The notes under the pieces were generated by a model that saw only the letters and a program-made list of their open reading frames with translations, did not search any database and was not told the DNA's origin. 64,000 bases of DNA from Calditrichales bacterium (GTDB lineage: Bacteria > Calditrichota > Calditrichia > Calditrichales > J004), in NCBI GenBank assembly GCA_965267575.1, contig OZ254086.1, forward strand, positions 2,624,001 through 2,688,000. Direction: 5' to 3'. Below are positions 46,935 to 56,914 of the stretch, in pieces; positions within the stretch are counted from its first letter, which is position 1; every line of letters begins with the position of its first letter. The translations under genes were made by a program, and so were the position numbers.

Positions 46935-47025
46935 TCCCCTTAAAAAAGGGGACTAAGGGGTTGTATTTGCGATGGGTGGCGCTTATGTGAAGTACAACTC
47001 CCTAACCCCCTTTGCTAAGGGGGGA
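46935..47025. repeat. Inverted pair of CCCCTT...AAGGGG palindromes
   Basis: TCCCCTTAAAAAAGGGGACTAAGGGGTTGTA / TACAACTCCCTAACCCCCTTTGCTAAGGGGGGA. Confidence 0.75.
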
Positions 47026-47066
47026 CTTTTACTGTTAATGAGAGATCGTTTCGAAGGGGGCCCGGA

Positions 47067-48704
47067 GTGAAAACGTTAAACCTGATAATCCTGCTGTCGG
47101 CGGTTCTTTTGGCCTGCGCGCAACAGCCGGAACAAAAAAACTTTCTGCGCACACAGGGACATGATTTCGTCGATGTTGACGGCAACAAGGTGTTTCTGCG
47201 CGGCGTGGGGCTGGGCAACTGGCTGCTGCCGGAAGGCTACATGTGGAAATTCGGTAAACAGGGCGATCGTCCGCGGCGCATCGAAAAGATTGTCAGCGAT
47301 TTGATCGGTGAAGAAAAAGCGGCGCAGTTCTGGCAGGATTTCCGAAAGCACTACATCACTGAAGCCGATATTGCCCGCATCGCCGAACTGGGTTTTAACT
47401 CGGTGCGGCCGGCTTTGAACGCGCGCCTCTTTATGACCGAAGGCGACACGGCGCGTTTTATCGAGGAAAGCTTTGTGCTACTGGATAGCCTGGTGCGCTG
47501 GGCCGACAAACACGATCTCTACGTGATCATCGATATGCACGGCGCGCCCGGTGGCCAGACCGGCGCCAACATTGATGACAGCCCTAACGATGAGCCGGAA
47601 CTTTTTATGGATGAACGCAACCAGGACCGGCTGGTCGATCTGTGGGTGAAAATCGCCAAACGCTATGCCGATGAACCAACGGTGGCCGCTTACGATCTTC
47701 TCAATGAGCCGCTGCCCGGTTACAACGGCGCCGCGGAAAAATACGGGCATCTTGTGGAGCCCCTCTACAAACGCATCACCGCCGCCATCCGCGACGTGGA
47801 CACAAACCACATGATCACGCTGGAGGGTGTGGACTGGTCCAACGACTGGTCCATTTTTGGCCCGCCCTTTGACGATAATGTCTTCTACCAATTCCATTAC
47901 TACTGCTGGGACCGTCCCGACAATCTAAACGATATTTCCAAATATATCGCCCTGCGCGACACGCTGAACACGCCGGTGTGGGTGGGTGAGACGGGTGAAA
48001 AGGGCAACGCCATTTACTGGGGCACGACGCAATATTTTGAAGCCAACAACATCGGCTGGTCGTTCTGGCCCTGGAAGAAGATGGACACGCGCAACACACC
48101 TTATTCGATCAAGCGTCCGGCCAACTGGGAGCAGGTTGCTGCCTATTCGCGTGGCGAGGAAAAACCATCCGCGGAGGTGGCACAACAGGCGTTTGACGAG
48201 CTGATCGAAAACATCAAGCTGGCCAACTGCGTCTACTTTCTTGATGTGGTCAACAGCATCATGCGCCGTGCGCCGGTTAAGATCGAAGCAGAGAATTATG
48301 GTCACGGCGGTTATAACGTGTCTTATTATGTGGCCGATACCACGCAGCGCGCCGCCAGCTACCGCGTGAATGAGCCTGTCCTGACCGGCTTGATCGATTT
48401 TGACAAGGATGAACATCTGTCCGAGCAGTACATCCTTTTGAAAGATGGCGAGTGGACACGCTACAGCGTGGGTAACGGCGGACTGCAAAATGCCTCCATC
48501 GTTGTAAAGGCCATGGCCGAAGACGGCAACGGCGCTTTCACATTTTCGCTCAATGGCGCGGAAGAGACACATGCTCTGAACGGCGAATGGCAGGAAATCC
48601 CCGTTTCTTTGGGTACGCTTAAGCCGGGAGAGAATGAGATCAGGCTAAAAGCTTCCGGTGGTACCGTCCGTTTTGATTGGGTGGATGTGAGGGAAGTGGA
48701 GTGA
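47067..48704 (+). CDS. GH5 glycoside hydrolase lipoprotein with CBM6-like C-terminus
   Basis: Lipobox LLA-C, GNWLLPEGYM, DMHGAPGGQ, YDLLNEP, WVGETGE, IEAENY. Confidence 0.9.
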   Translation: MKTLNLIILLSAVLLACAQQPEQKNFLRTQGHDFVDVDGNKVFLRGVGLGNWLLPEGYMWKFGKQGDRPRRIEKIVSDLIGEEKAAQFWQDFRKHYITEADIARIAELGFNSVRPALNARLFMTEGDTARFIEESFVLLDSLVRWADKHDLYVIIDMHGAPGGQTGANIDDSPNDEPELFMDERNQDRLVDLWVKIAKRYADEPTVAAYDLLNEPLPGYNGAAEKYGHLVEPLYKRITAAIRDVDTNHMITLEGVDWSNDWSIFGPPFDDNVFYQFHYYCWDRPDNLNDISKYIALRDTLNTPVWVGETGEKGNAIYWGTTQYFEANNIGWSFWPWKKMDTRNTPYSIKRPANWEQVAAYSRGEEKPSAEVAQQAFDELIENIKLANCVYFLDVVNSIMRRAPVKIEAENYGHGGYNVSYYVADTTQRAASYRVNEPVLTGLIDFDKDEHLSEQYILLKDGEWTRYSVGNGGLQNASIVVKAMAEDGNGAFTFSLNGAEETHALNGEWQEIPVSLGTLKPGENEIRLKASGGTVRFDWVDVREVE

Positions 48705-48717
48705 GGTGTTGTTCTCG

Positions 48718-48976
48718 GGTCCTGTAGTCTCGAGGTCTTGAAGTCTTGGAGTCAGGGGAAGATCCGGGTCTTTTTCTTTTTCATAATCATTCTCGTCTGT
48801 TTTATCTCCATTGCGCACCAAGAGTGTCATTCCCGCGAAGGCGGGAATCCATGAAAATGTGCATTTGCCAGGGATGCTGTTAGTTTTTGCTAAAAGCGCA
48901 GTGGATTCCTGCATCCGCAGGAATGACAAAAGAATGATAGGCCTAAACGTAGAGACGCAAGATTTTGCGTCTCTAC
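48718..48976. repeat. ~260-bp composite element, copy B
   Basis: 8-bp tract, GTCATTCC pair (48826-48927), GTAGAGACGCAAGATTTTGCGTCTCTAC (48949-48976). Confidence 0.88.
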
Positions 48977-50304
48977 CCTTCCGTCTTCTCACGTAATAGG
49001 CCAAACCCGGCAAACTCCTCATCCCAAGGTATCCAGCAATAATGCAAACCGCCGTGGATCATATCGATCTCTTCAAATTCCACATTGTATAATTTTTCGA
49101 CCTTAAACGGTGTGGTGGCCTGCGGCGTTACCAGCTCCAGCTCCTGGCCGGGGTAGAGCGGGTTGCGCGGTTCCACCTTGACCATTTTGCGGTCGGCGTC
49201 GTACTCGCGGATGATGCCGGCAAAACGGTAGGCCGGATTCTCGGCCTTTGTGCCGTCGTACTTTTGGGCGCTTTTGCCCGGGTTGCCCTTGTAAAACCCG
49301 GCGATGTAGCCCTTGTTGGCCACGGCAAACACATCGCGCCAGTGGGACTCGTTCAGCGCCTTTCCGGCCACCATGTCATCAATAGCCCGGCGGTAAGCAC
49401 GGGCAATATGGGCCACGTAATAGACCGATTTGTTGCGGCCTTCCACCTTAAAGCTGTCCACGCCGGCATCACGCAGCTCCTGCAAATACTCGATGGCGCA
49501 CAGGTCGCGGGCATTCATCAGGTAGGTGCCGTTCTCGTCTTCATCAATGGGCATGTACTCGCCGGGACGCTCCAGCTCTTCTAGGTAGAAATCACCGGCC
49601 AGCGCGTGGTAGGCATCGCCGTGCTGGGTCACCGCTTGCGCGTTTTGCGGCGATTGCCCTATTGCCTGCGGCTGCAACGCGCTTTTTTCGTACATGCGGT
49701 ATTGCCAGCGGCAGGAGTGGCTGCAGGTGCCCTGGTTGGGATCGCGGTAGGACATGTAGTTGCTGATCAGGCAGCGGCCGGAGTAAGCGATGCAGATGGC
49801 GCCGTGCACGAACGCTTCCAGCTCCAGGTCAGGACACTCTTCCTTAATTTGGCGGATCTCTTTTATCGACAGCTCGCGTGACAGGATGATGCGTTTGACG
49901 CCCTGCCTGTGCCAGAAGCGCGCCGTGGCATAGTTGACCGTGTTGGCCTGCACCGAGAGATGGATTTCCTGTTCGGGATGGCGTTCGCGCATCAGCATGA
50001 TCATACCGGGGTCGGACATGATCCAGGCGTCGGGCTGACACTCGCTGAGGAGGCGATCAATATATTTTATAAATGGATTGACCTTGTGGTTGTGCGGCAA
50101 AATGTTGGCCGTGAGATAGACCTTTTTGCCGCGCGCATGGGCATACTCAATGGCCTCGGCCACCGACTCCTTTTGAAAGCCGTTGCCGCGTGCCCTCAAG
50201 GAAAACATGGGGATGCCCAGGTAAACGGCATCGGCCCCGTAGGCGATCGCGTATTGCAGTTTTTCAAAGCTGCCCGCCGGCAGCAGTAATTCCGGTTTTT
50301 GCAT
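48973..50304 (-). CDS. trhP: Peptidase U32 family tRNA hydroxylation protein (YegQ/TrhP)
   Basis: PELLLPAG, HLSVQAN, HGAICIAYSGRC, DPNQGTC..SCRW, KVEGR; start at ATG 50304. Confidence 0.88.
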   Translation of the reverse strand: MQKPELLLPAGSFEKLQYAIAYGADAVYLGIPMFSLRARGNGFQKESVAEAIEYAHARGKKVYLTANILPHNHKVNPFIKYIDRLLSECQPDAWIMSDPGMIMLMRERHPEQEIHLSVQANTVNYATARFWHRQGVKRIILSRELSIKEIRQIKEECPDLELEAFVHGAICIAYSGRCLISNYMSYRDPNQGTCSHSCRWQYRMYEKSALQPQAIGQSPQNAQAVTQHGDAYHALAGDFYLEELERPGEYMPIDEDENGTYLMNARDLCAIEYLQELRDAGVDSFKVEGRNKSVYYVAHIARAYRRAIDDMVAGKALNESHWRDVFAVANKGYIAGFYKGNPGKSAQKYDGTKAENPAYRFAGIIREYDADRKMVKVEPRNPLYPGQELELVTPQATTPFKVEKLYNVEFEEIDMIHGGLHYCWIPWDEEFAGFGLLREKTEG

Positions 50305-50386
50305 AACTCTTTTCCATGTATATATTCCAGCCGTAAAGTTACAACATTTTTCCGGCGCTTTCATGCTTAAATGCAGTACGCCTTTA

Positions 50387-50597
50387 GTCGAATCGCCTCA
50401 ACACCGTCATCCTGAATTCATTTCAGAATTTTTGCATAGGTTAAGGATAGATACTGAAACGAGTTCAGCATGACGGTTGTGGCCAGTATAGTGGGTCATT
50501 GTCTCGGCATGTCGAATCGCTCCCGTGTCGTCATCCTGAATTTATTTCAGGATCTTTACTGGGTTGGTAGATGCTGAAACGAGTTCAGCATGACGGT
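50387..50597. repeat. Two tandem 124-bp units with GTCATCCTGAA / TTCAGCATGAC REP pairs
   Basis: GTCGAATCGC at 50387 and 50511; pairs at 50406-50474 and 50530-50594. Confidence 0.88.
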
Positions 50598-50700
50598 ATA
50601 GGTCCTCTTACCGTTAACCCTCTTGTGAGCAAACAAACAGAATAAGACTGGTAGATTATTTAATCTTCTCATCCCGCCTAAAACCCGAGGAGGCAGTACG

Positions 50701-52716
50701 ATGAGCCACGACCATAACCACAACTCAGATTCACATAAAAACAAAAACGACCACAACGGGGGCCACAACCACCACGATCATCACGCACATATGGTGAAAG
50801 ATTTCCGGCGTCGTTTCTGGATTTCGCTGGTGCTGACCCTGCCCATCCTGGCGCTTTCACCGATGATCCAAAATTTCTTTGGTTTTGGTCTGCGCTTTCC
50901 CACGCAAAATTACTGGCTGTTTGGTTTTTCCAGCGCGGTGTTCTTTTACGGCGGCTGGCCCTTTTTAAAAGGCCTGTGGGATGAGCTGAAAAAGAAACAA
51001 CCCGGAATGATGACATTGATTGCCGTGGCTATTGGTGTGGCCTACATCTACAGCGCGGCAGTGGTGTTTGGCCTGCCCGGTAAAATGTTCTTTTGGGAAC
51101 TGGCCACGCTGGTGGATATCATGCTGGTGGGGCACTGGATTGAAATGAAATCAGTGATGGGAGCATCCAAAGCGCTAACGGAAATGGCCCAGTTGCTGCC
51201 CAAAGACGCGCACCGCCTGGATGATAATGGCAAAACCGAAGATGTGCCTGTGGATGAGCTGAAAAAAGGTGACCGCCTGCTTATAAAACCCGGCGAAAAA
51301 GTGCCCGCGGATGGCCGCGTGGTTGAGGGCCAATCCACGGTGAACGAGGCCATGGTGACCGGCGAGTCGGAACCGCAGACGAAAAAAGAAGGCGATGAAG
51401 TGGTGGGCGGCACTGTCAATGGCGATTCATCTCTTACTATTGAAGTGGAGAAGTCCGGTGATGACAGCTTCTTATCACAGGCCATGAAGCTGGTGGAAGA
51501 GGCCCAGCAAAGCAAGTCGCGTACGCAAAACCTGGCCGACCGTGCCGCCTTTTGGCTGACCATCATCGCGCTGAGTGCCGGGGCAATTACCTTTGCCGCC
51601 TGGTTTGGCTGGGCAGGGCGTGAGTTCGTGTTCGCGCTGGAACGCTCGGTCACCGTGATGGTGATTACCTGTCCCCACGCATTGGGGCTGGCCATTCCGC
51701 TGGTGGTGGCGGTCTCCACGGCAAAGTCTTCGCAAAACGGTCTGCTTATCCGCAACCGCGCGGCCTTCGAAAAGGCCCGCCTAATCGATGCCATCCTGTT
51801 TGATAAGACCGGCACGCTCACCAAGGGCACCTTCGGTGTAAGCGACGTTGTAACGCTGGATGAAAGTGCCGATGAAAAGGAAATTCTGCGCCTGGCCGCG
51901 GCGGTGGAGCAGAACTCGGAACACCCCATCGCCAAAGGCATCGTAAAAAAAACAGACGATTACCCGTCGGTAAAAGATTTTGATTCCATCCCCGGCAAAG
52001 GCGCCAAAGGAACCGTGGAAGGGAAAAAGATTGCCGTAGTCAGCCCGGGCTACCTGCAGGAGAATGACATGGAGATTCCCGAAAAAGCGTCCGAACTACA
52101 GCAAGAGGGCAAAACCGTGGTCTTTGTGCTGCGTGATGAAAAGCTGCTGGGCGCCATTGCCCTGGGCGACGAAATACGCGAAGAGTCCAAAGAGACAATC
52201 GACGCCTTACACAAAATGGATATCCGTTGCATGATGCTGACGGGGGACAACAAAAAGGTGGCCAAACGCGTGGCCGAGACGCTGGGGTTGGATGAGGTGT
52301 TTGCCGAGGTACTGCCGCAGGACAAAGAGAAGAAGGTGCGCGAGGTGCAGGAAAAAGGTTACGTGGTAGCCATGACGGGCGACGGCGTAAACGACGCGCC
52401 CGCTTTGGCCCGCGCTGATGTGGGCATCGCTATTGGCGCGGGCACCGATGTGGCCGTGGAAACAGCCGACATTATCCTGGTGCGCAGTAACCCCAAAGAT
52501 GTGCTCGCGCTGTTGAAGTTTGCCCGCGCCACCTACCGCAAGATGCTGCAAAACCTGGCCTGGGCCACGGGCTACAACGTCATCGCCATCCCGCTTGCGG
52601 CCGGTGTGCTTTTCAGCCTGGGAATTATTCTCAGTCCCGCCGTGGGTGCGGTGCTAATGTCACTGAGTACGGTCATCGTTGCCATCAACGCCCGCTTTTT
52701 GAAGGTGGAGAAGTAG
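50701..52716 (+). CDS. copB: Copper-exporting P1B-3 ATPase
   Basis: His-rich N-terminus, TGES, CPH, DKTGT, SEHP, GDGVNDAP, YN...MSLST. Confidence 0.93.
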   Translation: MSHDHNHNSDSHKNKNDHNGGHNHHDHHAHMVKDFRRRFWISLVLTLPILALSPMIQNFFGFGLRFPTQNYWLFGFSSAVFFYGGWPFLKGLWDELKKKQPGMMTLIAVAIGVAYIYSAAVVFGLPGKMFFWELATLVDIMLVGHWIEMKSVMGASKALTEMAQLLPKDAHRLDDNGKTEDVPVDELKKGDRLLIKPGEKVPADGRVVEGQSTVNEAMVTGESEPQTKKEGDEVVGGTVNGDSSLTIEVEKSGDDSFLSQAMKLVEEAQQSKSRTQNLADRAAFWLTIIALSAGAITFAAWFGWAGREFVFALERSVTVMVITCPHALGLAIPLVVAVSTAKSSQNGLLIRNRAAFEKARLIDAILFDKTGTLTKGTFGVSDVVTLDESADEKEILRLAAAVEQNSEHPIAKGIVKKTDDYPSVKDFDSIPGKGAKGTVEGKKIAVVSPGYLQENDMEIPEKASELQQEGKTVVFVLRDEKLLGAIALGDEIREESKETIDALHKMDIRCMMLTGDNKKVAKRVAETLGLDEVFAEVLPQDKEKKVREVQEKGYVVAMTGDGVNDAPALARADVGIAIGAGTDVAVETADIILVRSNPKDVLALLKFARATYRKMLQNLAWATGYNVIAIPLAAGVLFSLGIILSPAVGAVLMSLSTVIVAINARFLKVEK

Positions 52717-52786
52717 AAGGGATACTTTCTTGAAGATGCCTGTAAAATAGGATATATTTTTTGAATTGTTGTACGGGGATATAAAT

Positions 52787-53041
52787 ATGAAGCACACAGA
52801 TACTCAAAATGAAAAATTTGCAAGGGCCAGAAAAAACCTTGAAAAAATAAAGGGGAAGCAAATTGATCAAGTAAATTCTTTTCTTGAATCACTCATATCC
52901 CAGAATGCAAAAACCGGAAATACGGGGTCACTCCAGGGTATTTGGGAAGAATTTGATTTTGAGCAAGATGCGGATCTGGAAGAGGAAATTAGAATTTTCA
53001 GAAAAGAGTCTTCCCAAAAGATTTTAAGCAAGCTTAGCTAA
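52787..53041 (+). CDS. Putative antitoxin of a PIN toxin-antitoxin pair
   Basis: 84 aa, SLQGIW motif, TAATG coupling to the PIN gene, AT-rich. Confidence 0.7.
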   Translation: MKHTDTQNEKFARARKNLEKIKGKQIDQVNSFLESLISQNAKTGNTGSLQGIWEEFDFEQDADLEEEIRIFRKESSQKILSKLS

Positions 53042-53430
53042 TGACTTTTTTGGCAGACACCGTTACGGTTATTCGTTTTTTTACAAAAAAAGGAAAAATT
53101 GGAAAGCAAGCCCGTAAAGTTCTGGAAAAGGTCGATAAAGGTGAAGGCGACCTCATCATTTCCATTATAACGTTTGTGGAAATCCTTTATTTGGCAGAAA
53201 AAAAGCGAATAAAGGTTGATTTTGATAAGCTTGGAAAAACTATTTCTAAGCTCGATAATTATAAAATAATTGATCTCAATCTAAATATTGTGCGTAACGC
53301 TCAGGAACTCAGCGGGCTTGAATTACATGATCGCTTAATTGTCTCGACCGCAAGACTTCATAATGCGCCTATTCTTACTTCTGACAAGGAAATAAAAGCA
53401 TACCCCGGCATAGATGTTATTTGGGATTAG
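53041..53430 (+). CDS. vapC: PIN-domain (VapC) toxin
   Basis: FLADT, FVEIL, HDRLIV, ILTSD acidic residues. Confidence 0.88.
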   Translation: MTFLADTVTVIRFFTKKGKIGKQARKVLEKVDKGEGDLIISIITFVEILYLAEKKRIKVDFDKLGKTISKLDNYKIIDLNLNIVRNAQELSGLELHDRLIVSTARLHNAPILTSDKEIKAYPGIDVIWD

Positions 53431-53562
53431 TGTTTCTTTATTTAAGAATAATTTTATACTTCATTTTTCCCTGCCGCAATTCTCCATTCGGGGATGATTT
53501 TTTATTTTTAATGCCGTACATTTCACGCCTTATAATAACCAATCAAAATTAAGGAAAATAGA

Positions 53563-55599
53563 ATGTCGTTAACCCGCGATATGGATAAGGCGAAAAACGA
53601 AAAAGAGCTGGCCGTACTGGCCTCCAATACGATCCGTTTGCTGGCGGCCGATGCCGTTCAAAAGGCTAATTCCGGGCACCCCGGCCTGCCCATGGGCCTG
53701 GCCGATTGCGCCTACGTGCTGTGGACCAAATTCCTGAAATTTAATCCCGCTGAACCCAACTGGCCCAACCGCGATCGCTTTGTGCTCTCGGCCGGGCATG
53801 GCTCGATGCTTTTGTACAGCATGCTTTACCTGTGCGGTTACGACGTGACCATGGATGACCTGAAAAATTTCCGCCAATGGGAGGGGCGTACACCGGGACA
53901 CCCCGAGGTGCATTGCCTGCCGGGCGTTGAGACGACCACCGGACCGTTGGGGCAGGGCTTTGCCAACGCCGTGGGTATGGCCATCGCCGCAAAGATGACG
54001 GCGGCGCGCTTTAACGATAGCAAACAGCAGGTGCTTGGAGCGCATCGCGTATTCGGTTTTTGCAGTGACGGCGATATGATGGAAGGCGTTGCTTCGGAGT
54101 CGGCGTCGCTGGCCGGGCACCTGGCGCTGGACAACCTCATTTTCCTGTATGACGACAATAAAATCACCATTGCCGGTGAAACGGACCTGGCCTTTTCCGA
54201 GAACGTGGCCGCCCGTTTTGAAGCTTACGGCTGGCACACGCTGCACACCGATGGTCATGATCATGATCAGATTGAAGAGGCTTTCAATAAGGCGATTGCT
54301 TTAAAGGGTAAGCCGGTCTTGATCGTGGCCAAAACGCATATCGGTCAGGGCAGCCCCAACAAGCACGATACGGCCGGTGTACACGGCTCACCCCTCGGCG
54401 ACGACGAGCTGAAGCTGACCAAAAAGAACCTGGGCTTTGACCCGGAAGTGGGCTTTCACGTGCCGGATGAGGTGCAGGCGATTTTTGATAAGCGTGTTGC
54501 AGAGCTCAAAAAAGAGTATCAGGATTGGGAAAACGCCTTTTCCGCCTGGAAGAAGGACGACCCCGAAAAGGCAAAACTGCACGCATCTATGATGGAGCGC
54601 CAGTTGCCGGACAATCTTGAGCAGGAACTGCTTGACGCGGCACCGGAAAAAGAGACGGCCACGCGCGGACTCTCCGGAAAAGTGATGCAGAAAATCGCCG
54701 AACTGCTGCCCGGTTTCGTGGGCGGTTCCGCCGACCTGGAACCTTCAACAAAGACGTATCTCGAAAAATACGAACCGATAAAAGCGGGCGCCTACTCTGG
54801 ACGCAATCTGCATTTTGGCATCCGTGAGCACGCCATGGCCGCAATCTGCAACGGCATCAGTCTTTACGGTGGCTACATTCCCTTTGGCAGCACCTTCCTG
54901 GTCTTTAGCGATTACATGCGTCCTTCCATGCGCCTGGCCGCGTTGATGGAGGCACAGAATGTTTTTGTCTTCACGCACGACAGCATTTTTGTTGGCGAAG
55001 ACGGGCCCACGCACCAGCCGATCGAGCATTTGGCGGCGTTGCGGGCTATCCCCAACCTGCAGGTGATGCGGCCCGCGGACGCCGTGGAAACGGCTATGTG
55101 CTGGGCGATGGCTTTGCGCAAAAAAGATGGTCCCAGCGCCTTGCTGCTTACCCGCCAGAATGTGCCCGTCATTGAACGAGGCGCATCGTTCGCTGCCGAG
55201 CAGGTGAAAAAGGGGGCCTACGTGGTTTGTGATGATGCCGGCGGCAAACCGGAAATCGTCCTGATGGCCAGCGGCTCCGAGCTGCACTTTGCCGTTGATG
55301 CCGCAACGCTTCTCCGTGAAAAGGGTCATGCCGTGCGCGTTGTTTCCGTGCCCTGCAAAGAGCTGTTCGAGCAGCAGCCGGAGAGCTATCGCCGGGCGGT
55401 GATTCCCGCCTCGGTGAAAAATATTTTTGCGGTGGAAGCCGGTGTCAGTTTTGGCTGGAGCCATTATTTCGGCGTGCCGGTTCACGTTTTGGGTATGGAG
55501 CGTTTTGGCGCCTCAGCCCCGTATGAAGTGCTGGAAGAGAAATTCGGTTTCAATGGCGGACAGATTGCCTCCAGCGTGGAGAAATCAATTAAGAGCTAA
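53563..55599 (+). CDS. tkt: Transketolase
   Basis: SGHPG, RDRFVLSAGH, TTGPLGQG, FGIREHAM, GEDGPTHQP. Confidence 0.97.
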   Translation: MSLTRDMDKAKNEKELAVLASNTIRLLAADAVQKANSGHPGLPMGLADCAYVLWTKFLKFNPAEPNWPNRDRFVLSAGHGSMLLYSMLYLCGYDVTMDDLKNFRQWEGRTPGHPEVHCLPGVETTTGPLGQGFANAVGMAIAAKMTAARFNDSKQQVLGAHRVFGFCSDGDMMEGVASESASLAGHLALDNLIFLYDDNKITIAGETDLAFSENVAARFEAYGWHTLHTDGHDHDQIEEAFNKAIALKGKPVLIVAKTHIGQGSPNKHDTAGVHGSPLGDDELKLTKKNLGFDPEVGFHVPDEVQAIFDKRVAELKKEYQDWENAFSAWKKDDPEKAKLHASMMERQLPDNLEQELLDAAPEKETATRGLSGKVMQKIAELLPGFVGGSADLEPSTKTYLEKYEPIKAGAYSGRNLHFGIREHAMAAICNGISLYGGYIPFGSTFLVFSDYMRPSMRLAALMEAQNVFVFTHDSIFVGEDGPTHQPIEHLAALRAIPNLQVMRPADAVETAMCWAMALRKKDGPSALLLTRQNVPVIERGASFAAEQVKKGAYVVCDDAGGKPEIVLMASGSELHFAVDAATLLREKGHAVRVVSVPCKELFEQQPESYRRAVIPASVKNIFAVEAGVSFGWSHYFGVPVHVLGMERFGASAPYEVLEEKFGFNGGQIASSVEKSIKS

Positions 55600-55615
55600 T
55601 TTTCAGGCCATTGGC

Positions 55616-55643
55616 GTAGAGACGCAAAATCTTGCGTCTCTAC
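55616..55643. repeat. GTAG-tagged REP
   Basis: GTAGAGACGCAAAATCTTGCGTCTCTAC, identical to 58759-58786. Confidence 0.9.
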
Positions 55644-55665
55644 ATATAACAACACAAATATCCTG

Positions 55666-56802
55666 TTATAGCAGCGAGAGGCCGTACCCCAATAAAGCGG
55701 CCCCGAGCACAATCCACACGGCGCTTAATTTTTTAGGGCCGAATGTAAACAGGGCGCTCAGCGCGAAGATCAGCCAGGCTTTCCAGCCGGTTAATACGGC
55801 GATGCCCAGCTCCACGGTAACAGCCACCATGATGCCCAGCGCGCTGATGTTGACCGCATCGAGAAAAGCACCGGCCCAGGCTTTTTGCCTCAATTTGGGT
55901 ATGACCGGATTCAGCAGGGCCACCAGCAAAAACGAAGGCAGGAAAATACCAACGGTGGCAAGGATCGCGCCTTCTATGCCGGCAATTTGCAGACCTACAA
56001 ACGTGGCCGTGGATAAAACAGGACCCGGCGTGAATTGCCCGATGGCGATGGCATCGATAAGCTGGGCCTGTGTCAGCCAGCCCAACCCCTGCACCAGCTC
56101 CCCTTCCAGGTAAGCGATTAAGACGTAGCCGCTGCCAAACAGCACCAGCGCGATTTTGATGAACACCCAGAACAATCCCGCCAGCGTTACCTGCGTCGCC
56201 GCGGCCGCAGTGCCGCCCGGAATCAGCAAGGCCCACAACGGGAAAACGCTGCCGGTCTTGTCGCCCGTTTTCGCCATTACCCGCAGCCAGATCAACCCGG
56301 CCACGCCACCGGCCAGGATGGCGATCACCTCGTTTACCCCGGCAAAAGAGGCTGCCGCCACCAGCGTACCGATCACGCCAAGCTGCCAACCTTTCAGCGC
56401 CTTTTGGCCCAGCTTGTACACCGCGCCCAGGATGATAACGATGACCGCCGGTTTTATGCCAAACAGCAATGCGCCCACCTGCGGCACTTCCTGGTAGGCC
56501 ACGTAAAACCAGGCCAGGATGCCCGTAAGCAGGGTCGCCGGCAGGATAAAGGCCGAACCTCCCAACAGCAATCCCAAAAAGCCGCCGCGTTCCAGAGCGC
56601 AATGCATCACCATCTGGGTGGAGTTGGGACCGGGAATCAGGTTTGTCGCGCCCACCAGGTCCAGGAAATGCTGGCGCGACATCCAGCTGCGTTTATCGAT
56701 CACCTCATCCTGCAGCATGGCAATATGGGCCGCCGGCCCGCCAAAAGCGATAAAACCCAGTTTCAGGAAAAGCGCAATGATTTCGCCGAGGTGTTTAAAC
56801 AC
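55666..56802 (-). CDS. chrA: Chromate transporter (long-chain CHR)
   Basis: GFIAFGGP, IPGPNSTQ, FGSGY, GQFTPGP. Confidence 0.93.
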   Translation of the reverse strand: MFKHLGEIIALFLKLGFIAFGGPAAHIAMLQDEVIDKRSWMSRQHFLDLVGATNLIPGPNSTQMVMHCALERGGFLGLLLGGSAFILPATLLTGILAWFYVAYQEVPQVGALLFGIKPAVIVIILGAVYKLGQKALKGWQLGVIGTLVAAASFAGVNEVIAILAGGVAGLIWLRVMAKTGDKTGSVFPLWALLIPGGTAAAATQVTLAGLFWVFIKIALVLFGSGYVLIAYLEGELVQGLGWLTQAQLIDAIAIGQFTPGPVLSTATFVGLQIAGIEGAILATVGIFLPSFLLVALLNPVIPKLRQKAWAGAFLDAVNISALGIMVAVTVELGIAVLTGWKAWLIFALSALFTFGPKKLSAVWIVLGAALLGYGLSLL

Positions 56803-56914
56803 GGAAAGCTCCCTTTTTCGGTTTTATGAATGCAGGATCAACAAACATAAAAAATCTATGTTAGAAAAATGTCAGGAAGGCGTCTAATCAACGATTTTAT
56901 AATTCAGCAATTCA

